The notes: generated from the letters alone by a model not told the origin. 64,000 nucleotides of DNA from Nitrospinota bacterium (GCA_016217735.1 JACRGQ010000013.1:10428-74427), one strand, 5' to 3'; counted from the stretch's first letter, positions 9,320 through 19,019 are shown. Numbers and translations: made by a program.

Positions 9320-12300
9320 TTGAAACACGAGGACTTCGTACACCTCCACCTGCACAGCGAATACTCGCTGCTGGACGGGGCGATACGCTTCGACAACCTC
9401 CTTAAAAAAGCCGAGGAGTTCAAGATGCCCGCCGTGGCCGTCACCGACCACGGCAACCTCTTCGGGGCCATCGAGTTTTACCAAAAAGGGATGAAAAGCC
9501 CCGTCAAGCCGATCGTCGGCTGTGAAATCTACATCACCGGCGGCAGCCGGCACGACCGCGGCGGCGTGGCGGGGGGCGACGGTGAAAACGATCCCAACAC
9601 CTATCACCTCATTCTGCTCATCCAAAACCTCAAGGGTTACCGCAACCTCTGCAAGATAGCCTCCGCCGCCTACACGGAAGGGTTCTACTACAAGCCGCGC
9701 ATCGACAAGGAGTACCTGGCGCAACACAACGAGGGGCTGATCGCCCTCACCGCCTGCATTAAAGGCGAAGTGCCGCGCAAGATACTCAAAGGGGACGACG
9801 CCGCCACGGAAAAGGCGCTCGGCTTTTACAAAGACGTTTTCGGCGACCGGCTTTATCTGGAACTGCAAAACCACGGCATCCCCGAACAGCGCAAGGTGAA
9901 CACCGCGCTCATCGAGATGTCGAAAAAGCACAGCCTGAAGCTGGTGGCCACCAACGACTGCCACTACATGGAGCAGAGCCACTGGGAGGCGCACGACGCC
10001 ATGCTCTGCATCGGCACCGGCAAGATGATCAGCGATACCAACCGGATGCGCTACAGCGCCCACGAGTTCTACTTCAAATCGCCCGACGAGATGCGGATGC
10101 TTTTCAAGGAAGTGCCGGAGGCGATCACCAACACCCGCGAAGTGGCCGACCGTTGCAACCTCGATCTCAAGCTGGGGGAATATCACCTGCCGGCCTATAC
10201 CGTCCCCTCCGAGGAACCGCCGCAGCAGTTCATGGAAAGTCTCGTGGACCACAACCTCACCCTGCGGCTGGAGGAAAGCCGTAAGCGGGGGGACGTCATC
10301 GGCGAAGAACAGGAAAAAGAGTACCGCGAACGGATGCGGATGGAGCTGGCGGTCATCAAGAAAATGAACTTCGCCGGCTACTTCCTCATCGTCTGGGATT
10401 TCGTGAACTACGCGAAGACCCAGAACATCCCCGTCGGGCCCGGCCGCGGTTCCGCCGCCGGCTCGCTGGTGGCCTGGACGCTTGGCATCACCGACCTCGA
10501 CCCCATCAAGTACGGCCTTCTCTTTGAACGGTTCCTGAATCCCGACCGCATATCGATGCCGGATATCGATATCGACTTCTGCATGAACCGGCGGGGCGAG
10601 GTGATCAAATACGTCACCGACAAATACGGCGCGAAAAACGTGGGGCAGATCATCACCTTCGGCACCATGAAGGCCCGCGCCGTCATCCGCGATGTGGGGC
10701 GCGTGATGGGCGTCCCCTACGGCGAGGTGGACGGCATCGCCAAGCTGGTGCCGGAAGAGCTGAAAATGACGCTCGCCAAGGCCATCGAGATGGAGCCGAA
10801 GCTGGCCGACATGGAAAAGAAAGACCCGCAGGTGAAAAAGCTGCTGGAGATCGCCAAGGTGCTGGAAGGCATCTCGCGCCACGCCAGCGTACACGCCGCG
10901 GGCGTGGTTATCGCGCCGGGCGATCTCACCGACTTTGTCCCGCTTTACAAAACGAACAAGGACGAAGTGGTGACCCAGTTCACCATGAAATATATCGAGG
11001 AACTGGGGCTGCTCAAGATGGACTTTCTCGGCCTGCGCACGCTCACCGTCATCGATTGGACGGTGAAAAGCATACGGAAGGGCAAGGCCGCCGCGTTCGA
11101 TATCAGAGCGATACCGATGGATGACCCGGCGACGTTTAAACTGCTGCAGGATGCGCGCACGCTGGGGGTCTTCCAGCTCGAATCGAGCGGCATGCGCGAC
11201 CTGATGCGCAAGCTCAAGCCCGAGCACTTCACCGACATTATCGCGCTTGTCGCCCTTTTCCGTCCCGGCCCGCTCAACTCCGGCATGGCCGACAGCTTTA
11301 TCCACCGCAGGCACGGCACCGAGAAGGTGGAGAACATCGTGCCGCAACTGGGCGAAATACTGAAAGAAACCCACGGCGTCATGGTTTATCAGGAACAGGT
11401 CATGAAGATCGCCAACGAACTGGCCGGCTTCACCATGGCGCAGGCCGATACGCTGCGCAAGGCAATGGGGAAAAAAGACGCCAAAACGATGGAGAAGCTG
11501 CGCCACGATTTCGTGGATGGGTGCAAGAAAAACAAAATCGCCGAGGAGAAGGCCGCCACCATCTTCGGGCAGATACAGGAATTCGCCGAATACGCCTTCA
11601 ATAAATCCCATTCCGCGGCCTACGCGCTGGTGAGCTATCAGACCGCGTACCTCAAGACGAACTACCCCGAGGAGTACATGGCCTCGCTGCTCACCTCCGA
11701 ACGGGACAGCACCGACAAAGTGGTGCTCTACCTCAACGAGTGCCGCGATCTCGGCATACCGGTACTCCCGCCCGACATCAATGAATCGGAGGTGGACTTC
11801 GGCGCGCTCGCGGGAAAAATCGTTTTCGGCCTGGCCGCCGTGAAGGGGGTCGGCGTCGGCGCCGTATCCGAGATCATCCGCGCGCGGCAGGAGGGAGCGC
11901 CGTTCGCGTCGCTTACCGAGTTCGCCCGGCGCATCGACGGCAAGCAGGTGAACCGGCGCGTGTTCGAGGCGCTCATCAAGTGCGGCGCGTTCGACCGGCT
12001 GAACAAAAACCGCGCCGCGCTTTTCGATTCGCTGGACAGCGTGACGGCGGAGGCCGCCAAAGACCGCGAAGAGACCCAGATGGGACAATCCAACATGTTC
12101 GCCGCCATCGAGACCGCCGCCGACCGCGAGAAGCGGCTCATCAGGGATTTGCCGGACTGGCCGCAGGCCGAACGGTTGCAGCACGAAAAAGAGGCGCTCG
12201 GCTTTTATATAACCGGCCATCCGATGGAGCGCTACCTGCAAGACCAGAAGCGGCTTGCCACCCATCAGGCGGGACAGTTGGCCGACACCGTCAATAAACA

Positions 12301-12796
12301 GGAAGTGCGGTTATGCGGCGTGGTGAGCGCCCTGCGCACCCAATTGACCAAGAAAAAAGAGAAGATGGCCTACGTTACGCTGGAAGACATGAGCGGCAGC
12401 GCGACCATGCTCGTCTGGCCCAATACGCTGGCCGAGACGTTCCAGTACCTCGAATCGAACGAGGCGCTTTTCATCAAGGGGAAAATCGACCGTGACGAGA
12501 ACGATGTCAAGGTCATCGCGGACGAGATCATGCCGATAAAGGCCGCCAAGGAAAAATTCACCAATGCCATCCACCTTAATCTGCAAGTGGTGGGGTTGGA
12601 AGACACCGTGCTGAATGACCTCAAGCAGCTCGCCGCGCGCCACCGGGGGAACAGCAAGCTGGTGCTGCACTTCACCTTTCCGGATAGGAAACGGATGCAG
12701 GTGAACGCCTCCGACCGTTACAAGGTCGCAGCCAACGAATCGCTGCTGGCGGAATTTGAAAAGATCCTCGGCCCCTCCTCCGTCTACTGCTCCTAA
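9320..12796 (+). CDS. dnaE: DNA polymerase III alpha subunit
   Basis: 1158 aa; PHP domain start HLHLHSEYSLLDGA; polymerase core; OB-fold C-terminus. Confidence 0.97.
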   Translation: MKHEDFVHLHLHSEYSLLDGAIRFDNLLKKAEEFKMPAVAVTDHGNLFGAIEFYQKGMKSPVKPIVGCEIYITGGSRHDRGGVAGGDGENDPNTYHLILLIQNLKGYRNLCKIASAAYTEGFYYKPRIDKEYLAQHNEGLIALTACIKGEVPRKILKGDDAATEKALGFYKDVFGDRLYLELQNHGIPEQRKVNTALIEMSKKHSLKLVATNDCHYMEQSHWEAHDAMLCIGTGKMISDTNRMRYSAHEFYFKSPDEMRMLFKEVPEAITNTREVADRCNLDLKLGEYHLPAYTVPSEEPPQQFMESLVDHNLTLRLEESRKRGDVIGEEQEKEYRERMRMELAVIKKMNFAGYFLIVWDFVNYAKTQNIPVGPGRGSAAGSLVAWTLGITDLDPIKYGLLFERFLNPDRISMPDIDIDFCMNRRGEVIKYVTDKYGAKNVGQIITFGTMKARAVIRDVGRVMGVPYGEVDGIAKLVPEELKMTLAKAIEMEPKLADMEKKDPQVKKLLEIAKVLEGISRHASVHAAGVVIAPGDLTDFVPLYKTNKDEVVTQFTMKYIEELGLLKMDFLGLRTLTVIDWTVKSIRKGKAAAFDIRAIPMDDPATFKLLQDARTLGVFQLESSGMRDLMRKLKPEHFTDIIALVALFRPGPLNSGMADSFIHRRHGTEKVENIVPQLGEILKETHGVMVYQEQVMKIANELAGFTMAQADTLRKAMGKKDAKTMEKLRHDFVDGCKKNKIAEEKAATIFGQIQEFAEYAFNKSHSAAYALVSYQTAYLKTNYPEEYMASLLTSERDSTDKVVLYLNECRDLGIPVLPPDINESEVDFGALAGKIVFGLAAVKGVGVGAVSEIIRARQEGAPFASLTEFARRIDGKQVNRRVFEALIKCGAFDRLNKNRAALFDSLDSVTAEAAKDREETQMGQSNMFAAIETAADREKRLIRDLPDWPQAERLQHEKEALGFYITGHPMERYLQDQKRLATHQAGQLADTVNKQEVRLCGVVSALRTQLTKKKEKMAYVTLEDMSGSATMLVWPNTLAETFQYLESNEALFIKGKIDRDENDVKVIADEIMPIKAAKEKFTNAIHLNLQVVGLEDTVLNDLKQLAARHRGNSKLVLHFTFPDRKRMQVNASDRYKVAANESLLAEFEKILGPSSVYCS

Positions 12797-12881
12797 CCCG
12801 CCCGCTCCCGTGCTCGTCCCCGTTCTTGTCCTTGTCCTTGTCCCCGCTCCCCCTTCTTCTCTTTATTTCCCGATGCAATAT

Positions 12882-12911
12882 TTGACAACATCTTTCTAAT
12901 TAACGCATAAT
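12882..12911 (+). promoter_or_regulatory. Sigma70-like promoter (TTGACA-N18-CATAAT) driving the low-GC three-gene operon
   Basis: Perfect -35 TTGACA and near-consensus -10 CATAAT about 45 nt upstream of the GGAAGGGG RBS and ATG. Confidence 0.4.
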
Positions 12912-12956
12912 TAATCAGTAACATTATTTGTTGCTAGGCTTGGAAGGGGAAGATTG

Positions 12957-13388
12957 ATGTTTCAAACGGAAGTCAAGTTAGTTGACGTGTTTATTTCCTG
13001 CTTTCAGTCATGTTCTTCACTGAGGGCGACTCACAATATAGTCCGGGAGTTTGACTATGTTTCAGGGCGAACGGATATTTTATCTCTAAATACAGAAAAT
13101 GAAATAATCGCATTTGAGGCTAAGTTGACCAATTGGCGGAAAGCAATTCATCAAGCTTGGCGGAATACCAGCTTTGCCAATCAGGTGTATGTTGTGTTGC
13201 CTCGCACACGTTCTAGTGGTGCAATGAAAAACAAAGCTGAGTTTGATGAGCGTGGTGTGGGACTCTGTGTGGTTGATGATGGTGGTGGTGTGGAGGTTGT
13301 CATACCTTGTTCACGCAACAAACCATTAATTCCGTGGCTTAACCGCAAAGCGATGGACGCACTGGTTGGTAATGCCTGTTTCCACTAA
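12957..13388 (+). CDS. Small PD-(D/E)xK nuclease-fold-like protein (Hjc/restriction-endonuclease-like core)
   Basis: …GRTDILSLNTENEIIAFEAKLT… gives D…ExK spaced as in PD-(D/E)xK cores; about 143 aa; low GC; 23-nt overlap with the next gene. Confidence 0.5.
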   Translation: MFQTEVKLVDVFISCFQSCSSLRATHNIVREFDYVSGRTDILSLNTENEIIAFEAKLTNWRKAIHQAWRNTSFANQVYVVLPRTRSSGAMKNKAEFDERGVGLCVVDDGGGVEVVIPCSRNKPLIPWLNRKAMDALVGNACFH

Positions 13389-14229
13389 CACCCCCGCCCA
13401 ATTAGCAAAAAGTATTTGCGCCGATAAAGGCCTGACTTTCATTGGCGAGAAGGGGACGGGTGCTTTTAAGAATACGTTTCTCGTAAAAAAAAATAATGAT
13501 GAGCTGGCATTAAAGCTCATCATTCGCGGTGCAGATAATGCACGAATTGAACGTGAAATTGCGGCACTGAAGGTGTGTAATCACCCTAACATCTGTCGTT
13601 TGTTAGAAACGGGCATGATTAATGACGGTATGAAGCCAGTAATCTATCTGATTGAGGAGTTTCTGCCAGGAGGAACGCTAACGGATCATCTCTCAAACGG
13701 CTGTCTCCAACCGCCTGAAATTATTCAACTCGCGATTAGCCTCACTGAAGCTATTGCGCATTTAGCTGGACACCGTATTACTCACCGCGATATAAAGCCT
13801 GATAACATTATGTTTCGCGCTGATGGGATGCCGGTGCTTGTCGACCTCGGGATTGCTAGGCATCTTGAAGCAAGCTCTCTAACCATGACATTTCTTATGC
13901 ATGGGCCAGGCACACCTCTTTATGCTCCACCTGAGCAACTGTTGAATGACAAGCCCTTGATTGACTGGCGAAGCGATCAGTTTTCATTAGGCGTTACCCT
14001 GTCCTATGCCGCATTTGGCAGGCACCCTTTTGCCGAGAATGACTCTTTAGAGCGTACCGTGGAGCGTGTTGCCAACCGATTATCATCCTCGGCTGATTTT
14101 AAAAAATTAGCACAAGTGCATGGGCTTGATGCATTAATAAAAATGGTCGAACCTTGGCCTGTGAAACGTTTTGCACGGCCGGAAATATTGATGCAGGCAT
14201 GGCGCGATAGCGGAGGGGGGAGGACATGA
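13366..14229 (+). CDS. Hanks-type Ser/Thr protein kinase, kinase domain only
   Basis: Gly-loop GEKGTGAFK, Lys in LALKLI, HRDIKPDN catalytic loop, DLG (DFG variant), GTPLYAPPE activation segment; 287 aa. Confidence 0.85.
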   Translation: MVMPVSTNTPAQLAKSICADKGLTFIGEKGTGAFKNTFLVKKNNDELALKLIIRGADNARIEREIAALKVCNHPNICRLLETGMINDGMKPVIYLIEEFLPGGTLTDHLSNGCLQPPEIIQLAISLTEAIAHLAGHRITHRDIKPDNIMFRADGMPVLVDLGIARHLEASSLTMTFLMHGPGTPLYAPPEQLLNDKPLIDWRSDQFSLGVTLSYAAFGRHPFAENDSLERTVERVANRLSSSADFKKLAQVHGLDALIKMVEPWPVKRFARPEILMQAWRDSGGGRT

Positions 14230-15398
14230 GCACTTACCATCAGATGGGGCACAACTCAGAGGGTATGATCGTTGAGCCACAGTTGGGGCAATTTGCGGGC
14301 GCAATTCTTAGCCCGGTAAATTATTCGCTCGATAATACGGTTGCACAATGCGCTAGATTTCGAGACGTCAAGGCGGACATCGATATAATATTCGACCCAC
14401 AGCTTTACGTTCCCTCTGCTGACCGCGGTAAACTTCAGTATTGGCCTCATAAGCCCAACGATATTGATACTGCCGATCAGAGTTCTCTTGAATGGTGGAG
14501 AGTTGCAATAGCCAAGATCATTGATGTCTGCAAATTCTTCAAGCCCGCTGGGTTGTGTAGCCCGGCTTTTTTACCCAGAACTTTTGATGATGTGTACTAC
14601 AATTTGCTTGTTGATATAGGTGATGTTACATCGCAACAAATAGATGCTGATGAAGAGCTTAAATTAGGAACTCGTTCCTTTCTTACGGCACTGGTCAATT
14701 TAAATGACCTAGGAAGGAGTCAACGCTACTTGCAAGTCGGTTCAATTCTTTCGCGTTACAAAGGAGGGGATATTTATCTCGTATTTGTTGATGAAGAAAT
14801 TCCCCGCAACGAACGATCCGACTCAGGTGCCCTTGAAGGTGCGGCGCGACTGATACGGGTGTTAACTCAATCCGGGTTCCGCGTTACTGTTGGGTTTACT
14901 TCCTCAGAAATGGTGCTGTGGAAAGCTGCTGGTGCAACAAATGTTGCGACCGGAAAATATTTTAATCTGCGCCGTTTTACAAGGGAGCGCTGGGAGGACG
15001 AAGAATCAAGTGGCGGCAGAAATATCGGCTACTGGTTTGAACCCGCACTACTGGCATTTCTCAGAGAAGCCGACATACGCCGTTATAGGCAGGAATTTGC
15101 GATTGACCCGTCTCATGCTGCAAACCCATTTAGCAATTCAATTATTGGAAAATTAGATGCTGCCGAGCGGGAAGCGTGGGTAGCGGATTCATGGCGGCAA
15201 TTCTTGCATTGGTTTGCCCATTGCGAGACCGTCATTGGAAATGATTTTGCTAAATGTTCCGAGATGGTTTCGAATGCCGCTGACACATGGCATGCTGTAA
15301 AAGGTGCCAAGCTGATATTTGAAGAAGAGCGGAACAATGGAGATTGGGTCAGAGCTTGGAAGATTGTTCTTAATGAATTAGAGCGACGCCCCGATTAG
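14226..15398 (+). CDS. Hypothetical 390-aa protein, third gene of the kinase operon
   Basis: ATGA overlap with the kinase gene stop; low GC; no recognisable motifs. Confidence 0.6.
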   Translation: MSTYHQMGHNSEGMIVEPQLGQFAGAILSPVNYSLDNTVAQCARFRDVKADIDIIFDPQLYVPSADRGKLQYWPHKPNDIDTADQSSLEWWRVAIAKIIDVCKFFKPAGLCSPAFLPRTFDDVYYNLLVDIGDVTSQQIDADEELKLGTRSFLTALVNLNDLGRSQRYLQVGSILSRYKGGDIYLVFVDEEIPRNERSDSGALEGAARLIRVLTQSGFRVTVGFTSSEMVLWKAAGATNVATGKYFNLRRFTRERWEDEESSGGRNIGYWFEPALLAFLREADIRRYRQEFAIDPSHAANPFSNSIIGKLDAAEREAWVADSWRQFLHWFAHCETVIGNDFAKCSEMVSNAADTWHAVKGAKLIFEEERNNGDWVRAWKIVLNELERRPD

Positions 15399-15448
15399 AC
15401 CAAATTGTCATTTGCGAGGATCAGGGCTTGCTTTGTGGCATTTCATCA

Positions 15449-15715
15449 TCAAGCGGCACTTTCCCGCTCCACGTTCCAGCCGGGGAACAGGATCACGGCT
15501 GGATGGCATTTCAGCGCACGCGCAATCGTCTTTGCCCGCTCCACTCCCAGCTTTATCCTTCCGTTCTCGATGCCGGAAATGGTGGATTGCGGTATGCCGG
15601 TGGCCTTTGCCAAGTCGGCTTGGCTCATCTCCTGAAGCTCGCGCAATACGCGCACCGATTCCCCGGCGCTCATTTCCACGCGCGCTTTGGCCGGGGCAAA
15701 TCCTTTTTTCGCCAT
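15449..15715 (-). CDS. XRE-family HTH antitoxin (HigA-like)
   Basis: MSQADLAKATGIPQSTISGIENGR is an HTH_XRE signature; immediately downstream of a RelE-like toxin on the same strand. Confidence 0.75.
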   Translation of the reverse strand: MAKKGFAPAKARVEMSAGESVRVLRELQEMSQADLAKATGIPQSTISGIENGRIKLGVERAKTIARALKCHPAVILFPGWNVERESAA

Positions 15716-15719
15716 GACA

Positions 15720-15998
15720 TCACCTCCTGTAATCGTGGGGCGTAACCGTAACTACATACACCGACACTTCGGCTTCCTTTACTTCGTACACAACGCGGTA
15801 TTGCAGATTAAGCCTGCTGGAGCGGCAACCGCGCCACTCACCGCGTAACGCCTCATCGTGAAAGCCCTTAATGAGCCGCAAGCCATGAATACCTGAGTAG
15901 CGGACAACGTCTTTCCATTTTTCGTAACGTTTCAGCAGCTCATCGGGAAGCCGGTCAAGCTGTTTTTGCGCCTCGCGGCTTTCGTAAATACGCCACAT
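15720..15998 (-). CDS. RelE/ParE-superfamily toxin (HigB-like, toxin-first arrangement)
   Basis: 92 aa, C-terminal YRVVYEVKEAEVSVYVVTVTPHDY typical of RelE/ParE. Confidence 0.7.
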   Translation of the reverse strand: MWRIYESREAQKQLDRLPDELLKRYEKWKDVVRYSGIHGLRLIKGFHDEALRGEWRGCRSSRLNLQYRVVYEVKEAEVSVYVVTVTPHDYRR

Positions 15999-16026
15999 AC
16001 CAAATATATACTATATTAATTAGGGT

Positions 16027-16239
16027 ATGTCTAGTTTGGAATTTCCAATTCCTCCACCCCCGTTTACCGCGGGGGAATCAAGAGCTGTTGGGCAAATTGG
16101 AAGAAATGGAGCGCTGGTCGCATTTGGAGGTTTTGGCGGAGGTGAAGGTATTGGCGTTTTTGGACGAAATGGAGGAAGTTTTTTCGCGAAAACGAAAAAA
16201 CCGATATTCCGTAACATTAAGATGCAGATTGCCAGATAG
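16027..16239 (+). CDS. Possible small Gly-rich peptide ORF in an AT-rich spacer (speculative)
   Basis: 70-aa ORF with GRNGALVAFGGFGGGEGIGVFGRNGGSFF; weak RBS; could be spurious. Confidence 0.15.
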   Translation: MSSLEFPIPPPPFTAGESRAVGQIGRNGALVAFGGFGGGEGIGVFGRNGGSFFAKTKKPIFRNIKMQIAR

Positions 16240-16271
16240 TTTCGCCCCGGGTGGATGGCTGCGCGGCGGTG

Positions 16272-17807
16272 TTATTTTTTGGCGGGCATCCGCACACGCT
16301 GGCTGAACCAGGTAAGGCCGATGAGGAAGAGGAAGATGACGCCGGTGAGGAAGAAGACGTCGTCCGTCGCCAGCATCACCGCCTGTCTATCCACTATGCG
16401 CGAGACCGTCTGGAGGGCCGCCTCGAATCCCATCCCCATCTCCTCCATTTTATCCCGCATGAAGTTCCACGCCGGGTTGTAGGGGGAGGTGTTCTCGGCC
16501 AGCATCGTCCGGTGGTGGCCGATACGGCCATCCCACAGTGTTATCACCAGCGAGGTGCCGAAGCTGCCGCCGAGTATCCTTACGAAGTTCGTCATTCCGG
16601 CGGCGCTGGCTACCTTGTCGTGCGGTATGTGGGAGAGCGAGATGGTGGTCATCGGCACGAAGAAGCAGGCCATTCCCAGCCCTTGCATCAGGCGGGGAAG
16701 CGCAACGCCGCCGAAGGTGATGTCGGTGTTGAACGACGCCTGCCAAAAGCTGGTGAGCGCGAAAACGGAGAAGGCGAAAGTTGCCACCCACCGCAGGTCG
16801 GCGCGGTGGAGGTTGGCCGCCACGATGGGGGTGAGGATGAGCGTAAAGACGCCGATGGGGGCGCTGGCGAGTCCCGCCCACAGGGCGGTGTAGCCCATCT
16901 GCGTCTGCAGCCAGAGCGGTATCAGCACCGCGTTGCCGAAAAAGGCCATGTAGCCGAGGCTGAGGGCGGCGGTCGCCACGGTGTAGTTCCGGTTCCTGAA
17001 AAGCGTGAGGTCGACGATCGGGTGTTCCTCCATCAGTTCCCATGCGATGAAAAAGACGAAGCCCACGAACGCCGTCACCGCCAGCGCGGTGATCTTGGGG
17101 GAATCGAACCAGTCCTCCTGCTGCCCCATGTCGAAGCAGAGCTGAAGGCTTCCCACCCAGATGGCCAGCAGCGCCAGCCCCACCTTGTCCACTGGCTGTT
17201 TCACGATGGCGGTTTCGCGCTCCTTCAGCACGTTCCATGTGATGTAGGCGCAAGCGAAGCCGACCGGCACGTTGATGTAGAAAATCCACTCCCAGCCGTG
17301 GTTGTCGGTGATCCACCCCCCCATGATCGGGCCGATGATCGGCGCGACGACGGTGGTGATGGACCAAAAGCCGAGCGCCATCCCTTTTTTCTCGGGGGGG
17401 TAACATTTCAGCAGCAGCGCCTGCGAGATGGGGATCATCGGCCCCGCCACGGCCCCTTGCAGGGCGCGGAAGTTCACCAGCGTTTCAAAGGTGGGGGCCA
17501 GCCCGCAGAGTATCGAGGCGAAGCTGAAAAGGAGCGTACAGGTGACGAAAAGCCGCACCTCGCCGAACCGGCGCGCCAGCCAGCCGGAGAGCGGCACCAC
17601 GATGGCGGTGGCCACGGCGTAGGAGGTGATGATCCACGTTCCCTGATTGGGGCTGACCGAAAGATCGCCCGCGATGTGCGGGATGGAAACGTTGGCGATG
17701 GTTGTGTCCAGCACGTTCATGAATGTCGCCAGCGCCAGCGATACGGTGGCGATGGCAAGCGGCGCGCCGGTGAGGTAGGGGTGTCGCGGAGCCGCCTGCG
17801 GCCGCAC
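16272..17807 (-). CDS. emrB: MFS drug/H+ antiporter, DHA2 (EmrB/QacA) family, 14 TM
   Basis: 511 aa with conserved MFS motifs; gene pair with an upstream HlyD-family gene. Confidence 0.85.
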   Translation of the reverse strand: MRPQAAPRHPYLTGAPLAIATVSLALATFMNVLDTTIANVSIPHIAGDLSVSPNQGTWIITSYAVATAIVVPLSGWLARRFGEVRLFVTCTLLFSFASILCGLAPTFETLVNFRALQGAVAGPMIPISQALLLKCYPPEKKGMALGFWSITTVVAPIIGPIMGGWITDNHGWEWIFYINVPVGFACAYITWNVLKERETAIVKQPVDKVGLALLAIWVGSLQLCFDMGQQEDWFDSPKITALAVTAFVGFVFFIAWELMEEHPIVDLTLFRNRNYTVATAALSLGYMAFFGNAVLIPLWLQTQMGYTALWAGLASAPIGVFTLILTPIVAANLHRADLRWVATFAFSVFALTSFWQASFNTDITFGGVALPRLMQGLGMACFFVPMTTISLSHIPHDKVASAAGMTNFVRILGGSFGTSLVITLWDGRIGHHRTMLAENTSPYNPAWNFMRDKMEEMGMGFEAALQTVSRIVDRQAVMLATDDVFFLTGVIFLFLIGLTWFSQRVRMPAKK

Positions 17808-17809
17808 GG

Positions 17810-18979
17810 TCAGCGCGCCTCCGCCACCGGGGCCATTTTCAGGTTTTTGGCGATGATCGCGGAGATGAGTTCGTCGGCGCCCGCATCCTCGGCGTCATAC
17901 ACGGTGGTGGCGAGTTCGTGCTTGGCGGTTCCGGGCTGAAGCGGGCCGCCGTTGCCGTGAATATCGACGGTGGCGGCGAGCGAAAGCCCCACCACGAGGG
18001 GATGCTGCTTAAGCTCTTCCGGCATGAGCGATATTTTCACCGGTACGCGCTGCACCACCTTGATCCAGTTGCCGGTGGCGTTTTGCGCCGGAAGGACTGA
18101 AAAAACGGAGCCGGTTCCGGCGCCGATCCCCACCACCGTGCCGTGGAAGCGGACGCCGCGGCCGTACATGTCCGAAACGATTTCCACCGGCTGGCCGGCG
18201 CGCATCCGTTTGAGCTGGTTCTCCTTGAAGTTCGCCTCCACGCTCAGCGCGTCGACCGGCACCACCGCCATGAGCGGCTTGCCGGGGACGGCCCGTTCCC
18301 CCAGTTGCACGGCGCGCCGCGCCACATAGCCGCTCACCGGCGCCGCCAGATTCATCCGTTGCAAGGCCACATACGCTTCGCGCACCTTTGTCTTCGCCGT
18401 CGCCACATGCGGGTTGTCCTCGGCGCGGTTCCCCGCGGCGGTGATTTGTGCTTCGGCCAGCTCGTGCCGCGCGAGGCGGACGGCGTTTTGGGCATTCTCG
18501 TATTCCAGGCGGGCGTGGTCGTACGCCTCCTGCGTGACGGCGCGGTCGCCGAACAGTTTTTCGCGCCGTTCAAAATCGGTTTTCGTTTTTTGCAGGTCGG
18601 CCTCCCGCATGGCAAGGCGCGCCAGCCGGGTTTTCACCCCTTCCAGCGTATTTCCCGCCTGGCGCACCGCCACCGCCAGTTCGCTCTCCGCTTTTTCCAG
18701 GGCGATTTTCGCGTCGGTGCCGTCCATCCGCACCAGCGTATCCCCCTGTTTCACGAAGTCGGTGTTATCGGCCATGATGGCCACCACCGTGCCGCCGGCC
18801 TGGGGGGTGATGGAGACGAGGTTGCCGGCGACGTAGGCGTTGTCGGTATATTCGTAAAACCGTCCGCTCGTCCACCACCAGCCGCCCCATGCCGCGCCGG
18901 CGATGGCGAAGACCGCGGCGATCCTGAGCATGACCGTTATCCGTCCGCCGTTGGCGGGCCGCTGTTTGGTTTCTTCCAT
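17810..18979 (-). CDS. emrA: HlyD-family membrane fusion protein (EmrA-like)
   Basis: 389 aa, N-terminal TM, coiled coil, C-terminal beta-barrel domain; precedes emrB. Confidence 0.85.
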   Translation of the reverse strand: MEETKQRPANGGRITVMLRIAAVFAIAGAAWGGWWWTSGRFYEYTDNAYVAGNLVSITPQAGGTVVAIMADNTDFVKQGDTLVRMDGTDAKIALEKAESELAVAVRQAGNTLEGVKTRLARLAMREADLQKTKTDFERREKLFGDRAVTQEAYDHARLEYENAQNAVRLARHELAEAQITAAGNRAEDNPHVATAKTKVREAYVALQRMNLAAPVSGYVARRAVQLGERAVPGKPLMAVVPVDALSVEANFKENQLKRMRAGQPVEIVSDMYGRGVRFHGTVVGIGAGTGSVFSVLPAQNATGNWIKVVQRVPVKISLMPEELKQHPLVVGLSLAATVDIHGNGGPLQPGTAKHELATTVYDAEDAGADELISAIIAKNLKMAPVAEAR

Positions 18980-19019
18980 GTGCGCCGTTTTTCTTATCAG
19001 CGTGGAGCGGTGCCGGCGG

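Noticed and set aside
9242-12265. 1007-aa minus-strand ORF
   Set aside because: Antisense to dnaE; spurious long open frame due to GC richness.
12672-12878. 68-aa minus-strand ORF downstream of dnaE
   Set aside because: It has an Arg/Gly-rich low-complexity translation, overlaps the dnaE 3' end and sits over the island promoter region. It is likely spurious.
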